Shown: one piece after another, positions 25,559 to 36,567 of the stretch | How the letters are laid out: each line of letters opens with the position of its first letter | Numbering within the stretch: position 1 is the first letter of the stretch | From: a virus | Taxonomy: Duplodnaviria > Caudoviricetes | Strand: one strand, 5' to 3' | Length of the DNA: 64,000 nucleotides | IMG/VR virus record: IMGVR_UViG_3300013383_000027 | Coordinates: 19,008 to 83,007 of that record | Translations under genes and position numbers: made by a program | The notes under the pieces: generated by a model | The model's input: only the letters and a program-made list of their open reading frames with translations | Database searches by the model: none | Told to the model about the DNA's origin: nothing

Positions 25559-25601
25559 ATAAAATTTGACGAGAAAGATGCCAGGTCTTCAGCCTGGCAT
25601 A
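25559..25601 (+). mobile_element. Mini-element copy with a disrupted 3' end
   Basis: TTTAC|ATAAAATTTGACGAGAAAGATGCCAGGTCTTCAGCCTGGCATA then diverges. Confidence 0.75.
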
Positions 25602-25631
25602 TGAATCGTCATTCTTTCACATTGTTTTTTT

Positions 25632-25638
25632 GTAAATA
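25632..25638 (+). promoter_or_regulatory. GTAAATA motif on the plus strand, 5 nt upstream of the orphan omegaRNA scaffold
   Basis: TTTTTTGTAAATAATTTCGTACCGACGG. Confidence 0.45.
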
Positions 25639-25643
25639 ATTTC

Positions 25644-25774
25644 GTACCGACGGAACATCGGGAAATTACGCTTGTGGAGTTCAAGACCTCTGTCAACGAT
25701 GCTTGTAGTGTTGTTGATAAGTCTGAACGATGAAACAAGAAGATGCCATGTTTTTAGCATGGCATAGAGTTCAC
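25644..25774 (+). ncRNA. Orphan TnpB omegaRNA-like scaffold plus right end
   Basis: GTACCGACGGAACATCGGGAAATTACGCTTGTGGAG...TGAAC...hairpin ATGCCATG-TTTTTAG-CATGGCAT-AGAGTTCAC; aligns by eye with 45808..45933. Confidence 0.7.
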
Positions 25775-25788
25775 GGTTTCCCAGGACG

Positions 25789-27039
25789 TCAGAATGTCTT
25801 CGTGTTTCTTATGAGTGCCACATTCTGACGGAAAAGGCTCTTGTGCGGCGTGAAGAATGTCCTGACCGATGATGCCACCCAAGAACCGCTCATGCTGTTG
25901 TACTTCTTTGTCGACGGGAGTCCCCCAGATGGCATTCTCTTCTGGAACATGTCGTCCACGTGCATGTCGACATTCACTCCACACCCCGGGAAAAGACCAA
26001 GGTGACCCTGCATGTTGACTATGAGCGACCCGTTGTCGAGAAGGGAAAACATCTGTTTCCTGTACGTGTCGCTGTTGTTGTCCCATGTCGATTCGTTAAT
26101 AGAGTACAGGTTGCTTGCACCCATCTTCGTGATTCTCGACGTCTCGGCTTCGCTCCTGAACAGTCCGGCTATCTCAGACGAATCGATTTCATCGTGGCTG
26201 AACTTGTTCTCGTCAAGATTGTACTTCCAAAATATCCTTCTTGTCGTGTCAAGGGATATCTGCGTCCTCCCCTTCCTGACAACATATGCAATGTTTACCG
26301 GGGTGTCCTCAAGTATGTTCGGCTAGTTGGACACCTGCGACACTTGCACACCGAAAGACTTCTGGAACGACTTCTGCTTCGCCATGTCAAACAAGTGAAT
26401 TTTGTCTGCATACTCGTCATAGACGAAGAATTTCAGAGATTTTTCCCTTGCCGAGTCTCCCCCATAGAACATTCTGCTGTACAGATAGTTCAGCGCGGTC
26501 TCTACGTTCTCATTCCCCGATGTTATGAACTGTATCGAATTTGCGCTTCCGCTGGTCTTGAACGACTCCGCATCGACCGGATATCCAGTATTAGAAAGAA
26601 TCTTTAGCATGATGTCCAGAATCGATTCCGGACCTGTGGAGTAGTTCGAGTACTGCACACTCTTTCTGTAATTCTCCCACGTATTTCCAACCAACTTCAG
26701 CTCGTATGTTATCTTCCCCGGCTCGTTCCTTACGATTCCGATGTTGTCGACGAAGAAGCCAAACTGATGTTGCTCGATTGTCGTGTTCCCATCCTTGTCT
26801 CCATATCTCGCAACCTGCACGGTGCAATTCACGTACTGCTTGTCGAGAAACTTGTCTATTTTCGCGTCATCGTCAAGATACTCGATTGTTCCGGTGGTGT
26901 GAAGCTCGCCCATCCTGTTCAGAGTCTCGAAGCGGAGGAGATTGTTCGAGTCGAGTGTCACGGTGTTCGTCTCGTGATCTGTTAAGACCGCGAAAACACC
27001 ATAGTGCTACCCGTTCTTTGTCGTGAATATCCCGTTCAT
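25789..27039 (-). CDS. Probable baseplate hub (gp27-like position), 416 aa (TAG at codon 11 and at 26323)
   Basis: ATGA overlap with the gp53-like gene; the function is inferred from gene order only. Confidence 0.55.
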
Positions 27040-27374
27040 GACCTGACCCCGTTCATGACAAGAGTGAGTTCCTCACCGTCTATGTACTTGACTGCCGTCG
27101 CGGCTTTCACGATGTCAAACATGTTCTTCGGACCTACACCATTCAACTTCATCAGGAGCCACGCGAGTCTCGTCGTCCCGTAGATGTTGTAGGAAATTGT
27201 CGTCCAGAACATATCCATCTTCGTCATGTAGTTCTTCACGGTTTCGTCAGAGAACGAGAGATAAATCGTGCTGTTCAGGTTATACGAATAATTCCCCTTC
27301 CTGTCCGTGTAGATCTGGAAAAAGTTCTCGAAGTCGTTGTCGTCGACGTTTACGTCTATGTCGTAGATTTTCAT
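27036..27374 (-). CDS. Baseplate wedge protein, T4 gp53-like (LysM-like fold)
   Basis: WTTISYNIYGTTRLAWLLMKLN motif. Confidence 0.8.
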   Translation of the reverse strand: MKIYDIDVNVDDNDFENFFQIYTDRKGNYSYNLNSTIYLSFSDETVKNYMTKMDMFWTTISYNIYGTTRLAWLLMKLNGVGPKNMFDIVKAATAVKYIDGEELTLVMNGVRS

Positions 27375-27397
27375 ATAAAAATACTCATTTTGATGTT

Positions 27398-28801
27398 TTA
27401 AGTGCCATCTGAAAATTTAACATCAACCTTCACATCATCTTTTTCAACCGCTTTCTTTGCAGTCTCCATTAGTTTTTTTTGATTCCACTTAGTATCGGCG
27501 TCTTTTCTACCACTTGCAAAATAACCCCCATCAGTGTTGTTATTCACTTCTTTGTCATCCGGTACGCAAGACATTATGGCGTTCTTGACATTCGTTGTAT
27601 TATACCACACTTCAGTATTGAAAGGACTCAACTAAGTAAGTTGATTCTGTGCGGTAAACCCAAGCATATATGTGTTAAACACGTCCGGAAGCAATGACTT
27701 GAAATCCAAATTCAATTCATATACGTCAGGAATCCTTACCATATCTTCAGGTAACTCCCATGATTCATCGTAGAAACTTGTATCTTTATTTTGGTATTTT
27801 TCGAGTTTTTCAAAAAACTTTTTTGATGGACGTCTTGACACCCCCTTGAACTTACAATCGAACTTTCCGGAACACATCATCAAGCGCTTCCCACCCTCGA
27901 TCTTGATGTCGTATGCGCATGGTGGCATCCTGAACACGCCATACTGAAATGACATGTTCTGTGGTATCAATGTGTTTATGAACAGGAAATTGTTAATGGC
28001 GTGGTCTATGGTATCGTTGAAAAGACTCAGGTTTATCGTGATATTGGATGTCGGATCCTGTGATGGAACCTGCCAGATTGGAGTCAGCGTGAATCTAACG
28101 TTTGAACCCAACGCGCTTAGCAACCTTCCGACTATGGTGCTTTTGTTGTTTGAGAATCCATCGTTTCCGGCAGAATTGAAGCCAAGTTGACCGTCTGAAG
28201 TCAAGTAATCCGTACTGGCACAAGGAAGAACATAGAAGTTCGTTGTCTCGCTTCCTATTGTCTTGAAATACATATTCTCAACGTAATCCAACACCAACTT
28301 TTTTTCAAATGAACCATTTTGACCATTAAAGAGACTGCTCCAAAAACTAGGGGATTTCAAACTTTCAAATGCATATCCTGCTTTGTACGCGGCCGCATTT
28401 ATGATGTTTTCCGAGTTCTGTCCGCTTGCGTCTTCCTTTCCTGTTGACGCACCATCAACAAGATTTTTGAACAACGACACAATCGTATCGAACTTCGTGT
28501 CCTGCTGATATTCGCGAATTACAATGCCGGGTATGTGGTTAAGAATATTATCCATGTCCCCCCCCGTTCCACCAAGTGCTGAAACAAGCTGCTTCACCCC
28601 GATGTCTCTCTTAAACATTTTCCTATGTTCCGGAAATATATTCAGAAGACATCCGTCGTTTTTAGGACGAAACGAAAATGTTGAACACGCACCTCCTTTA
28701 TATTGGAACGGGAGCAAGTGATTCTTTGTATTACGAGTAAAATTTCCGTCACTAAAGATTGTAAACGATTCACTTGATTTGTTTGTATTTTCACTTCCCA
28801 T
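27398..28801 (-). CDS. Putative baseplate/tail-tube initiator protein, 467 aa (TAG at 27632)
   Basis: Two ORFs in frame through TAG; located between the tape-measure-like genes and gp53; function from context only. Confidence 0.5.
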
Positions 28802-28866
28802 TCGACACCTCTCTCAGACACCAAAACTTTACAATATGAAAATTGATTCCACTTTTACGATGAAAA

Positions 28867-28873
28867 TATTTAC
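28867..28873 (-). promoter_or_regulatory. Late-promoter motif GTAAATA
   Basis: Upstream of ATG 28801. Confidence 0.6.
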
Positions 28874-28924
28874 AGAGAACTTGACGAGAAAGATGCCAGG
28901 TCTTCAGCCTGGCATAGAGCTCAC
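28874..28924 (+). mobile_element. 51-bp mini-element
   Basis: TTTAC|AGAGAACTTGACGAGAAAGATGCCAGGTCTTCAGCCTGGCATAGAGCTCAC. Confidence 0.85.
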
Positions 28925-29031
28925 TTGAAGCTTGCAATCTCTGAAGACGATTGCCATTCAGCCTTATGGCAGCACCGCCGAGCCCCCGGTGAAAATCTTA
29001 ACCAGTGGCGAAACAACATCGCCTCTATTTC
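28925..29031 (-). mobile_element. 107-bp four-hairpin element of a second IS200/IS605-like family, ending TTCAA
   Basis: On the minus strand it follows TTTAC; stems GGCGA/TCGCC, TGCCAT/ATGGCA and GCAATC-GTCTTCAGA-GATTGC; ends GCTTCAA. Confidence 0.6.
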
Positions 29032-29041
29032 GTAAATGTCC

Positions 29042-31873
29042 TCAGCCGTGGGTATCTGATTCTGCATCGTCATTTGGCTTCATCTCCTTGTCATCCGGTT
29101 CCTGTTGAACAATCAGACTGGTGTCAATGCCAAGTTCTATGATCTTCTCAATAAGGCTCATGTTCTCCCGTCTCAGCTTGTCGTTCCTGATTCTTGACAC
29201 AAATAGCGGATCGGTTTGATCTTCGTTTTCGTTTTTCTTATCGTCCAAGCCGAGACTCTTTTGTGCCTCGCTGCATTCCGCTGCGATTTCTGCATCCACG
29301 TCCTTGTCTCCGCTGGGTGTCTTCAGAAACTCGAACAGTCCACCCAACACCTTGTCTATGGCAGGAGTGGTGTCGGACTCATCTTCGGGTGCCGACGTGT
29401 CTCTGAGAAGCGCAACGATATTTCTCTGCAATTCCCCATATGATTCACTGCCATTCTTTATGTCAGCATATGACCTTATGTTGTTTTTAATGATAAAATC
29501 GCGGAACAACGACTGAATTACATCCCTGAATTTTTCGACATGTTCATTTGAAACGGGGTTGTTTCCCCTTGCTTTCTTGTATTGTGCTATAAAATCATTT
29601 GTAAGAGACTCTATCGTGTCCTGCTGCCAGTCGGTAATCTGGAATCTGTCGGAAACCGTTTTGTTCATTAAATTCCACAAGTCATCAGAACTTTCCGTTT
29701 GCATATTAATAAAGTCATCTCTTCCAGACAGTATGTAATCTTTCAACGAGACACTTCCACCGGATGATATATATTTTGAAATATCACGCGATGCATAGCT
29801 ACCGGCTCCAATACCGGCATTTCCCGAAAAGTTACGATATATCTTGCATTGAACCTTGTCCGCATATTCCAGCACCAGTCCATTTGCGACGGACCGTATG
29901 TCAGAATATGGTATTAGCCCCTTCTGATATGCATCAACCGCGACGTTTAACGCATTTTGTTTTATTTGTAACAGACACTTATATGCTTTTAATCTCTCCT
30001 GGGGAATATTGACCGCTGTCAACCCATTCTCATTGTAACTTATGTCCCCTCTTTCGGCCTGACTTATCACGGAGTCAACGGTGAAATCAAGAAGCTCTTT
30101 TGTTGTTCCGTCTTTGAATACCTTGAATATCGATTGTCCAACCTCTCTTCCCTGTTCCATTGTAAGAAGCTTCTGTATATTCTCAACTATAGCGGCATGC
30201 CGTTCCCTTTCCTAATCTTCCTCGTCATTGATAGTCATCGTTCCAGAGATGCCATCCAAGCGGTTCTTCAGTTCATCCCTCTACTTCGCAAATTCCGACC
30301 TTTGTTTGTCATCATAGATCTTGTTGTTAGCCTTTTTGTCGAGCTCACCTATTTTGCCTTTCAAGTCCATCCGTATTCCACGGAGGTGTCTTTCCCTCTT
30401 CTGTTTGTACTTGTTCGTGACAGCGGCGATAAACATATTCTTCTGTCCGCGCTCACTCGCTGGCTTTTCCGGAACGCTCCCATATGCTTTTCCTATGTAA
30501 TAACCAGCTATTGAGCCGAGCGCGGTTCCAACACCCATGATAATTGGCTGCAGCGGTCCGAAGAACGAGCCGACAAACCCTCCGACAACACGACCGACCC
30601 ATGCGCCAATCACACCGCCCGCAGAGCCCCCGATTGCACCAGCCAAACTGAAGGAATTCAACTGTATGCCCATCTTGAACATCTTTGTCTTGAACGCCTT
30701 CATGTTAAGGTTTGCGATTGCAAGTTTGCGAAGATATGCCAGAAGAGGACTTTTCTTGAAGTATCCGGCTATATTCATTTTGATTTTGTGAACATCCCTT
30801 TTCTTGTCTTCCCACCATCCCCGGGCTTTATCCTTGTATTCCTTGTATTTTCCAACGATTTTCTGGTATATGAATCCAGCGACATAACCAACAATGAACA
30901 TTCCGGGTGGAGAAAGCAGAAATTTGCCGAACCGTTCAAGAAAACCGATATTAAGCCTTGCCACAAACGCCACAATTTTCTTGCAGACCCTAAATACGCC
31001 GGTTACGATTTTGGTTGCCACCCCGAAAACGGTCTTCGTGGCACCAAGCGCAACCGACACGATGCCCCTTGTCAAGGAAAAGATTCCCTTCAACATTCCC
31101 GAAACGATCTTGCCTATGCCGCCAAGTATGCCACCAATAAATCCAAGAACATTTTTGACCGTAAACAATTTCCTGATTCTGCGTATAATGGAAGACCCCC
31201 CCCATTTCGGTTGTTTTAACAACTCAGAACGCCGTTCCCGAGCCCGATTCACAACCTCAGAAAGCACGTTCTTGCTTCTGGATTGTTTCATTTTCTTGAG
31301 ATTTCGTGTCAACCAATCCGACGCACCATACTGTTTTTTCGTTTGATTGTGTACGTTTTCTGTTGTCTGCCGTCCGGTGGTTTTTACGGAAAAATCGCAA
31401 AAAGCCCTACTCAGCGTCTCCATCCTTTTGGTGTGACCCGTTTTGAGAACATTTATGCAGAAATCCGTTATCTTTTTAGCATATTCTGCGTTTTTTCCTA
31501 TATTGTTTTTGGGAATTTGTGTGTGTACACTTTTTTTAGTCTTTACCCTGTTGTTCAGGACACTTTCTATGTCTTCTTCTAGCCGCTTCTTTGTGTCCTG
31601 TGAAACCCCGAACTCCTTGACAAGAATATCTTGAATCGTGTCTTTCAGGGTCTCCATGAATTTTTCATCACCAAGCTGCTGGAGAATGATGTTGGCGTTT
31701 CCGTCAAGGCACTTTACAAGCTCTATTCTCCTGTTCTTCTCCTCAAGATGATGGTTGAGGTATGCTGTCTTCACAAGCGTATGCATTGCATGGCTGATTT
31801 TCGCATGACGCTCGAAAACCATCTCAAAACTGACTGGTTTAGTCTTGTTCAGCCGCCCGTAATCTGATTTCAT
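29042..31873 (-). CDS. Tape-measure-like protein A, 943 aa (TAG at 30281 and about 30212)
   Basis: Gly/Ile/Val/Lys amphipathic repeats (GFIGGILGGIGKIVSGMLKGIF), a hydrophobic AIGGSAGGVIGAW stretch, and position downstream of the tail chaperone. Confidence 0.7.
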
Positions 31874-34404
31874 TTCGACTCTACCCTCTTTCCGGTTCTC
31901 TGTGATATCATCTCTCGCATTTTCTTGTTCTACTTCTCGAGTTTCCGGCTTTCCTCGTCAAGTTTGGTTATCTCCTCCATTCTTTTCTTTTCGTCTTCTT
32001 TCTTTCGTTCTTCCGAAATCCTTTTGTTTCGCTCCTTCCATTCTGCAATCATCTTGTCAAAAACCCGTTTCCTGTCCGAAAGAGACATTTTCTTCAACCT
32101 ATCGATGTCTTCGGAGTTATATTTTGACAACATCGTGTTTCGAACTATCTCACTTTCGTTATCGTCAAGACCGCCAACCAGCTTTTTGATCTGCTTTTCT
32201 GAAACGACCTATGTTGGAACAATCCTTTCTATGCTGAACGCCTTGTTCGGATCTTTTCCATTCATTCTGCGCCTAATACGACCATTGTGTTTGTTTACTT
32301 GATAACGTGTGGTTTTTTTAGACTGGACATTGCCTACAATATCAGTATATTTCCTTAATTTATCTTGTAGATCATGCCACGGCATAAACCAACGGTCTTT
32401 TCTAAGGTCTTTTGTATCTATCTGCAGTTTTTTGACAACATCGCTGGCAACGACGTTTCCACCATCAAACTTAGCAATCCTGTCAATCATATACTGCAAA
32501 TGCTTCGATGACACAGAAGTCGCAAGCGCGTTTTTCATTATGATCAATCGATTATAACGTTTCGACACGGCATCAGCTAGCATTTTAAGTTGGTCGATTA
32601 CACTACTGTTTTTCGATCTTTTCCTAAAATTGTTGTATTCAGCCCTGTCGAACCCAAAAAGTTCAGAATCATAAACAGTCCTTACAAAATCACCATAAAG
32701 CGCATTCAGATTTGTGTTTTTGTCATCATCGTTTTCAAAAACATCCCTCAAATTGTTTATGTCGTTCACAAGCTGTCCGAGTTCGGATTCCTCCACATTC
32801 ATCTGTGATGTCAATGCATCATATTTCTTTTTCTCTTCTTGGGACAAGCCTTCTATGTTTATTTTATTTGCACTCCCGACACCGCTTGCTATTTCAGATT
32901 TTTCATTTGCAAGCTGAAACTTGTTTTTCCCGAAAACATAACTGAACAATCGCGGAACGACAAATGCGGACGCGAGAATTCCGGCGGCAATTAAAGCAGA
33001 TAACGGACTTCCACAACATTTCAGAACTTTTGATGCTGGACCAAGTATCTGAAGAAGAGGTGGTACAATCTTCAACAGGGCAAGAATGGATGTAACAAGA
33101 ACCGGGTGCTGAAGGACAAACCCAAGCATCGTTCCAACTATGTCAGATGTCTTCGTCGCTATCGGCTTGATGAAATCGACAAAAGGCTTGATGTAATCAA
33201 GATATATCGTATCAAAAACACCCTTTGTCTTTTCGACAACACCATTAAACCAGATTATCTGCGGTTCAAATGTCTTCTTCATCCAACCGACGACCCCACC
33301 TTCATGGTTCTTGTCTATGTTCTTCTTCACCAGACCCCAAACATACCCAAGGGCATAGCCGATTGCAAACATTCCAGCAGGTGTCCTTATCACCGCACAA
33401 AAAGAGTTCTATACAGCCTTCTTCGCAAGCTTGAAAATATCCCCGACAATGTTTACAACTCCACTCAAAAGCTTGTCAATTCTGAAAAATTTCAACGTCG
33501 AAACCAATACACCACCAAGTTTGCGGATTCCCTTTACGATTCCTCCGACAATTCCGGATAGGATCTTGACAATTACACTAACGGATATCGATGCAACTTT
33601 CTTGATGAAACTGCCAATTTTGAAGATATTTTGTATAGAACGAATTCCGCCAATTGACTCCCCCTGTTGTGCATTCTTCTTGAAGATCCCAAGCTGTCTC
33701 TTTGTGAGTTTCGGGGTCATGCCCGCCGCACGCTGCTGTGCATTCTTCTTGAAGATCCCAAGCTGTCTCTTTCGCATATTCTCAAGAATGTTCCTCTGTC
33801 CAGATGCAACAATTGAACTTCTGGCTCTTTTTCCCCCACTTTTCTTGGCGTAATCTTTGCAGTTCTTTCTGAACAGTTCTACGATTTCAGATGTATGTTT
33901 TTCCTATGTCCTTTCTATTTCTTTTCTGAACCTTGTCGGAAAATTCTTCTGATTTTCCAGCTATGACATTGCCTCGTCAAGACTGGTATCAGGGGAATCC
34001 TTCGTGTCTATAAGATTTGTGGTTTTGGAGGACTCTTTTTTTAGCTTCCGTATGGAAGACTTTATGCTCTTAAATACCTCATCGGCAACATTGTCCTGCA
34101 ACCTCTTCGACTTCGCGATTTCCCGAACCGCCAACTATAGATCAACAGTCTTTGCGAAATTGTCGACATATGGTTTCAGGAGCTCCTAAAACCTATCCGT
34201 TATGTAGTGTACAAGTTTTTCGTTCCTCCCACTCTCGGTATCCTCCTCGCACTACCTGTACTTTTGCAATATGTCGGAAAGTGCGGAGATTATGTCACGC
34301 TGTTCCTGTTCCCAGAAACCCTTAAGAACGGTTTTCTCGGCACGGGGAAGCGTGTTGACTTTCTTGTGCGAGTTTGGCAGAATGGAACGCGAAACTTTTT
34401 TCAT
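31870..34404 (-). CDS. Tape-measure-like protein B, 844 aa (8 TAG)
   Basis: Frame open except for TAG from ATG 34404 (ATGA overlap) to TGA 31870 (ATGA overlap); amphipathic repeats; shares a motif with protein A. Confidence 0.7.
33668..33772. repeat. Two exact 36-bp direct repeats, period 69 (in-frame KRQLGIFKKNAQ duplication) inside tape-measure B
   Basis: TGTGCATTCTTCTTGAAGATCCCAAGCTGTCTCTTT at 33668 and 33737. Confidence 0.9.
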
Positions 34405-34667
34405 CTCGGAGACGTGTTCTTGTACCTCATGTAATTTATAATGTCACCGATGGCGTAAAGCGACTTCACCATGTCGTTCCCATCATTCTTTCGCATGTTC
34501 TGCTCCTCCTCGTTGTCGGTGTTGAGCTTCTGGATGAACGACTGAAGATCCAACATTGTCATGTACTTCTCATCTCCATGTATCATAACCCTGTATCTCC
34601 TGAAGATTCCCATTTCGGCTTCGGCGACATATTGATACATCTTCCGATCAATTGCGCCGAGAATCAA
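34401..34667 (-). CDS. Tail assembly chaperone C-terminal part (lambda T-like), probably made as a -1 frameshift fusion
   Basis: Begins in the -1 frame at the T-TTT-TTT-TGA end of the upstream ORF and directly precedes the tape measure. Confidence 0.6.
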   Translation of the reverse strand: MILGAIDRKMYQYVAEAEMGIFRRYRVMIHGDEKYMTMLDLQSFIQKLNTDNEEEQNMRKNDGNDMVKSLYAIGDIINYMRYKNTSPR

Positions 34668-35545
34668 AAAAAATCAATAAGGTTCCCCATTCCCTCCTTG
34701 GTCTCGTATCCACAGTGTCCGCACTTCTCGTACTGGAACACAGAGTTGATCTTCTCGATGAATTCCTTCGCGATGTGCTTGAGAACACCATTCTCCTCGT
34801 CGAACATGATGTTCTGCGGAAAATACGACAAAAGCGTTTCAACGTCATCATATGGCATTATCGAGAGATCTGCCAACTTATGATCGTTTGGATTCTTCTT
34901 GTTGATGAGTTCGACCTTCTTGATGAAGAGGTTAATGTACTCGATGTTCCCGAGGTCGTCAAGAGCCTCCTGCTCCTTCTTCGAGACGTTCCTGTAGTTC
35001 TTCATGTAGCCCTTGTAGAAATTCGAAACGGCGCGGACGGAAGGGTAGTTGAGCGTGAAGCTGTACACCCTGTTCCTGTCTTCGGTTGTGAACTTAACAT
35101 CCTGTAGGTCGAACGCGTTGAATTTCGCTAGAATCTTGTCGAAGTCGAGGATGTATGAGTTCTCACATCCGCATTCGGGGCACTTGTACGTTATCTTGTC
35201 GTGGAAGTAATTCGATGAATAGATTTCCATGAGAATGCGAATCCTGTCGAACTCCGTGAGCCTGTAGACGCTGAAACCATCCTCTGCGCAGACCTTGTTG
35301 ATGAGGGCGCACTGCGTGTCGTAAACGATGTCCTTGCGGTTCTCGTTCTGGATCATCGTCTTCGAGAGAGACTTCTGGTCTGTGACACTGACCTCGTTGA
35401 ACATGACCTCGCGCTTGAGCGAGTTCACGTATACCGGTATCTGGGAAGACGTGAGCTCCTGCTTGAACACATTCAGGATTTCGCTGTTGTTTTTCTCTGG
35501 TGTGGTGTTTTCAGCAACCACGGACTCTTTTACTTCATTTGACAT
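34664..35545 (-). CDS. Tail/baseplate assembly chaperone (T4 gp26/gp51-like), 293 aa, with CPECG and CGHCG Zn motifs
   Basis: Cys motifs, SD AGGAG, position between the tube and tape-measure genes. Confidence 0.65.
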   Translation of the reverse strand: MSNEVKESVVAENTTPEKNNSEILNVFKQELTSSQIPVYVNSLKREVMFNEVSVTDQKSLSKTMIQNENRKDIVYDTQCALINKVCAEDGFSVYRLTEFDRIRILMEIYSSNYFHDKITYKCPECGCENSYILDFDKILAKFNAFDLQDVKFTTEDRNRVYSFTLNYPSVRAVSNFYKGYMKNYRNVSKKEQEALDDLGNIEYINLFIKKVELINKKNPNDHKLADLSIMPYDDVETLLSYFPQNIMFDEENGVLKHIAKEFIEKINSVFQYEKCGHCGYETKEGMGNLIDFF

Positions 35546-35567
35546 GTTAACTCCTACCTTACAGAAA

Positions 35568-35574
35568 TATTTAC
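35568..35574 (-). promoter_or_regulatory. Late-promoter motif GTAAATA
   Basis: Upstream of the SD and ATG 35545. Confidence 0.65.
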
Positions 35575-35617
35575 AAAAAATTTGACGAAAAAGATGCCAT
35601 GTTTTCAGTCTGACACA
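35575..35617 (+). mobile_element. Degenerate mini-element
   Basis: TTTAC|AAAAAATTTGACGAAAAAGATGCCATGTTTTCAGTCTGACACATA. Confidence 0.65.
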
Positions 35618-35691
35618 TAAATCGTCAATACCATTTTTGGTGAACTCTATGCATAGAATTCACAGTTCTGAAGAGTGTTCACACGAAAAAA

Positions 35692-36567
35692 TCAAAGTCC
35701 GAGGGTGTTTGCAACACCACCAACGAGCTTCTTGGCGGTGTCTTTCAGCTTGTCTTTCGCAGACTCACACGTATTAAAGTTTGACATGACAAACATATAA
35801 TCGAATGTGAACGATATGTTCCTTGTCGGGGTGGGAAGGTCGTTCGACGGAGTCAGAGTCTCGAGCTGGGTCGGTCTGCTACCGACAAAGAGGTACTTGA
35901 AGTCTGCATGCTTCTCGAAGCTGATTTCGACGTTCGCCGTCGTGTACGGCTGGTTGTCGTATGACCAATAGGGCAGTGTGATCTCCCTCATCCATGGATA
36001 GAAAATGCGCTCAAGAAGGGGAACTTTCGTGTTGATGATGTTAAGCTGGAACGAATTCTGAGAAGGCTTCACGAACAGTCCGCTTGTCGGATACTGTCCG
36101 AGCATCGTCTTGACATCCTCCACACCTTCCACCTATAGAGCTGGGACAGTCGCATTCTGAACATAATAACTGAGATTCAAAACAAGCTGTGGCTTTATTG
36201 GTCCGTCTGACGCACCCATGCCATCATCGGACAAAAGGTTGCCTCTCGCCACATAGTCAAGGAACGTGGTCTGCCCGAGCGAGTCACCCCCACCCCAGTT
36301 GTCCCTGAGCTTCATGATGTCGACGTCGTTCAAGAGGGCGCCGAGCAATCCACCTGTCAAGTTGTTCACGGCGTTCATTGCTGCGGACTTCACGCCGCTG
36401 ACAACCTTATCGAACAAACCCTTCTTCTTACCACCAGAATCATCTTCTTCGATTTTCGGGAAGAAAGTGAACGTCACGTCAAATGTCGCGAGGGGGTCTA
36501 TCTACTCGACCCACTTTCCCTACGCCGAGTTAAACTTCGAGAGGAATCCCTGTAGATTTGAAGCCAT
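35692..36567 (-). CDS. Tail-tube-like paralog 3, 291 aa (3 TAG)
   Basis: TGATG overlap at 36565-36569; LERIFYPWMREI and YTTANVEISF resemble gp19/gp54 family motifs. Confidence 0.6.

Noticed and set aside
27031-27059. 12-bp direct repeat CCCGTTCATGAC at the gp53/hub junction
   Set aside because: Short, overlaps coding sequence and the ATGA junction, and has no other copies; not supportable as a target-site duplication.
33668-33772. CRISPR-like geometry: 36-bp repeat, 33-bp spacer, 36-bp repeat
   Set aside because: Only two copies, the period of 69 is a multiple of 3, it lies in frame inside tape-measure B (KRQLGIFKKNAQ twice), and there is no leader or cas gene.
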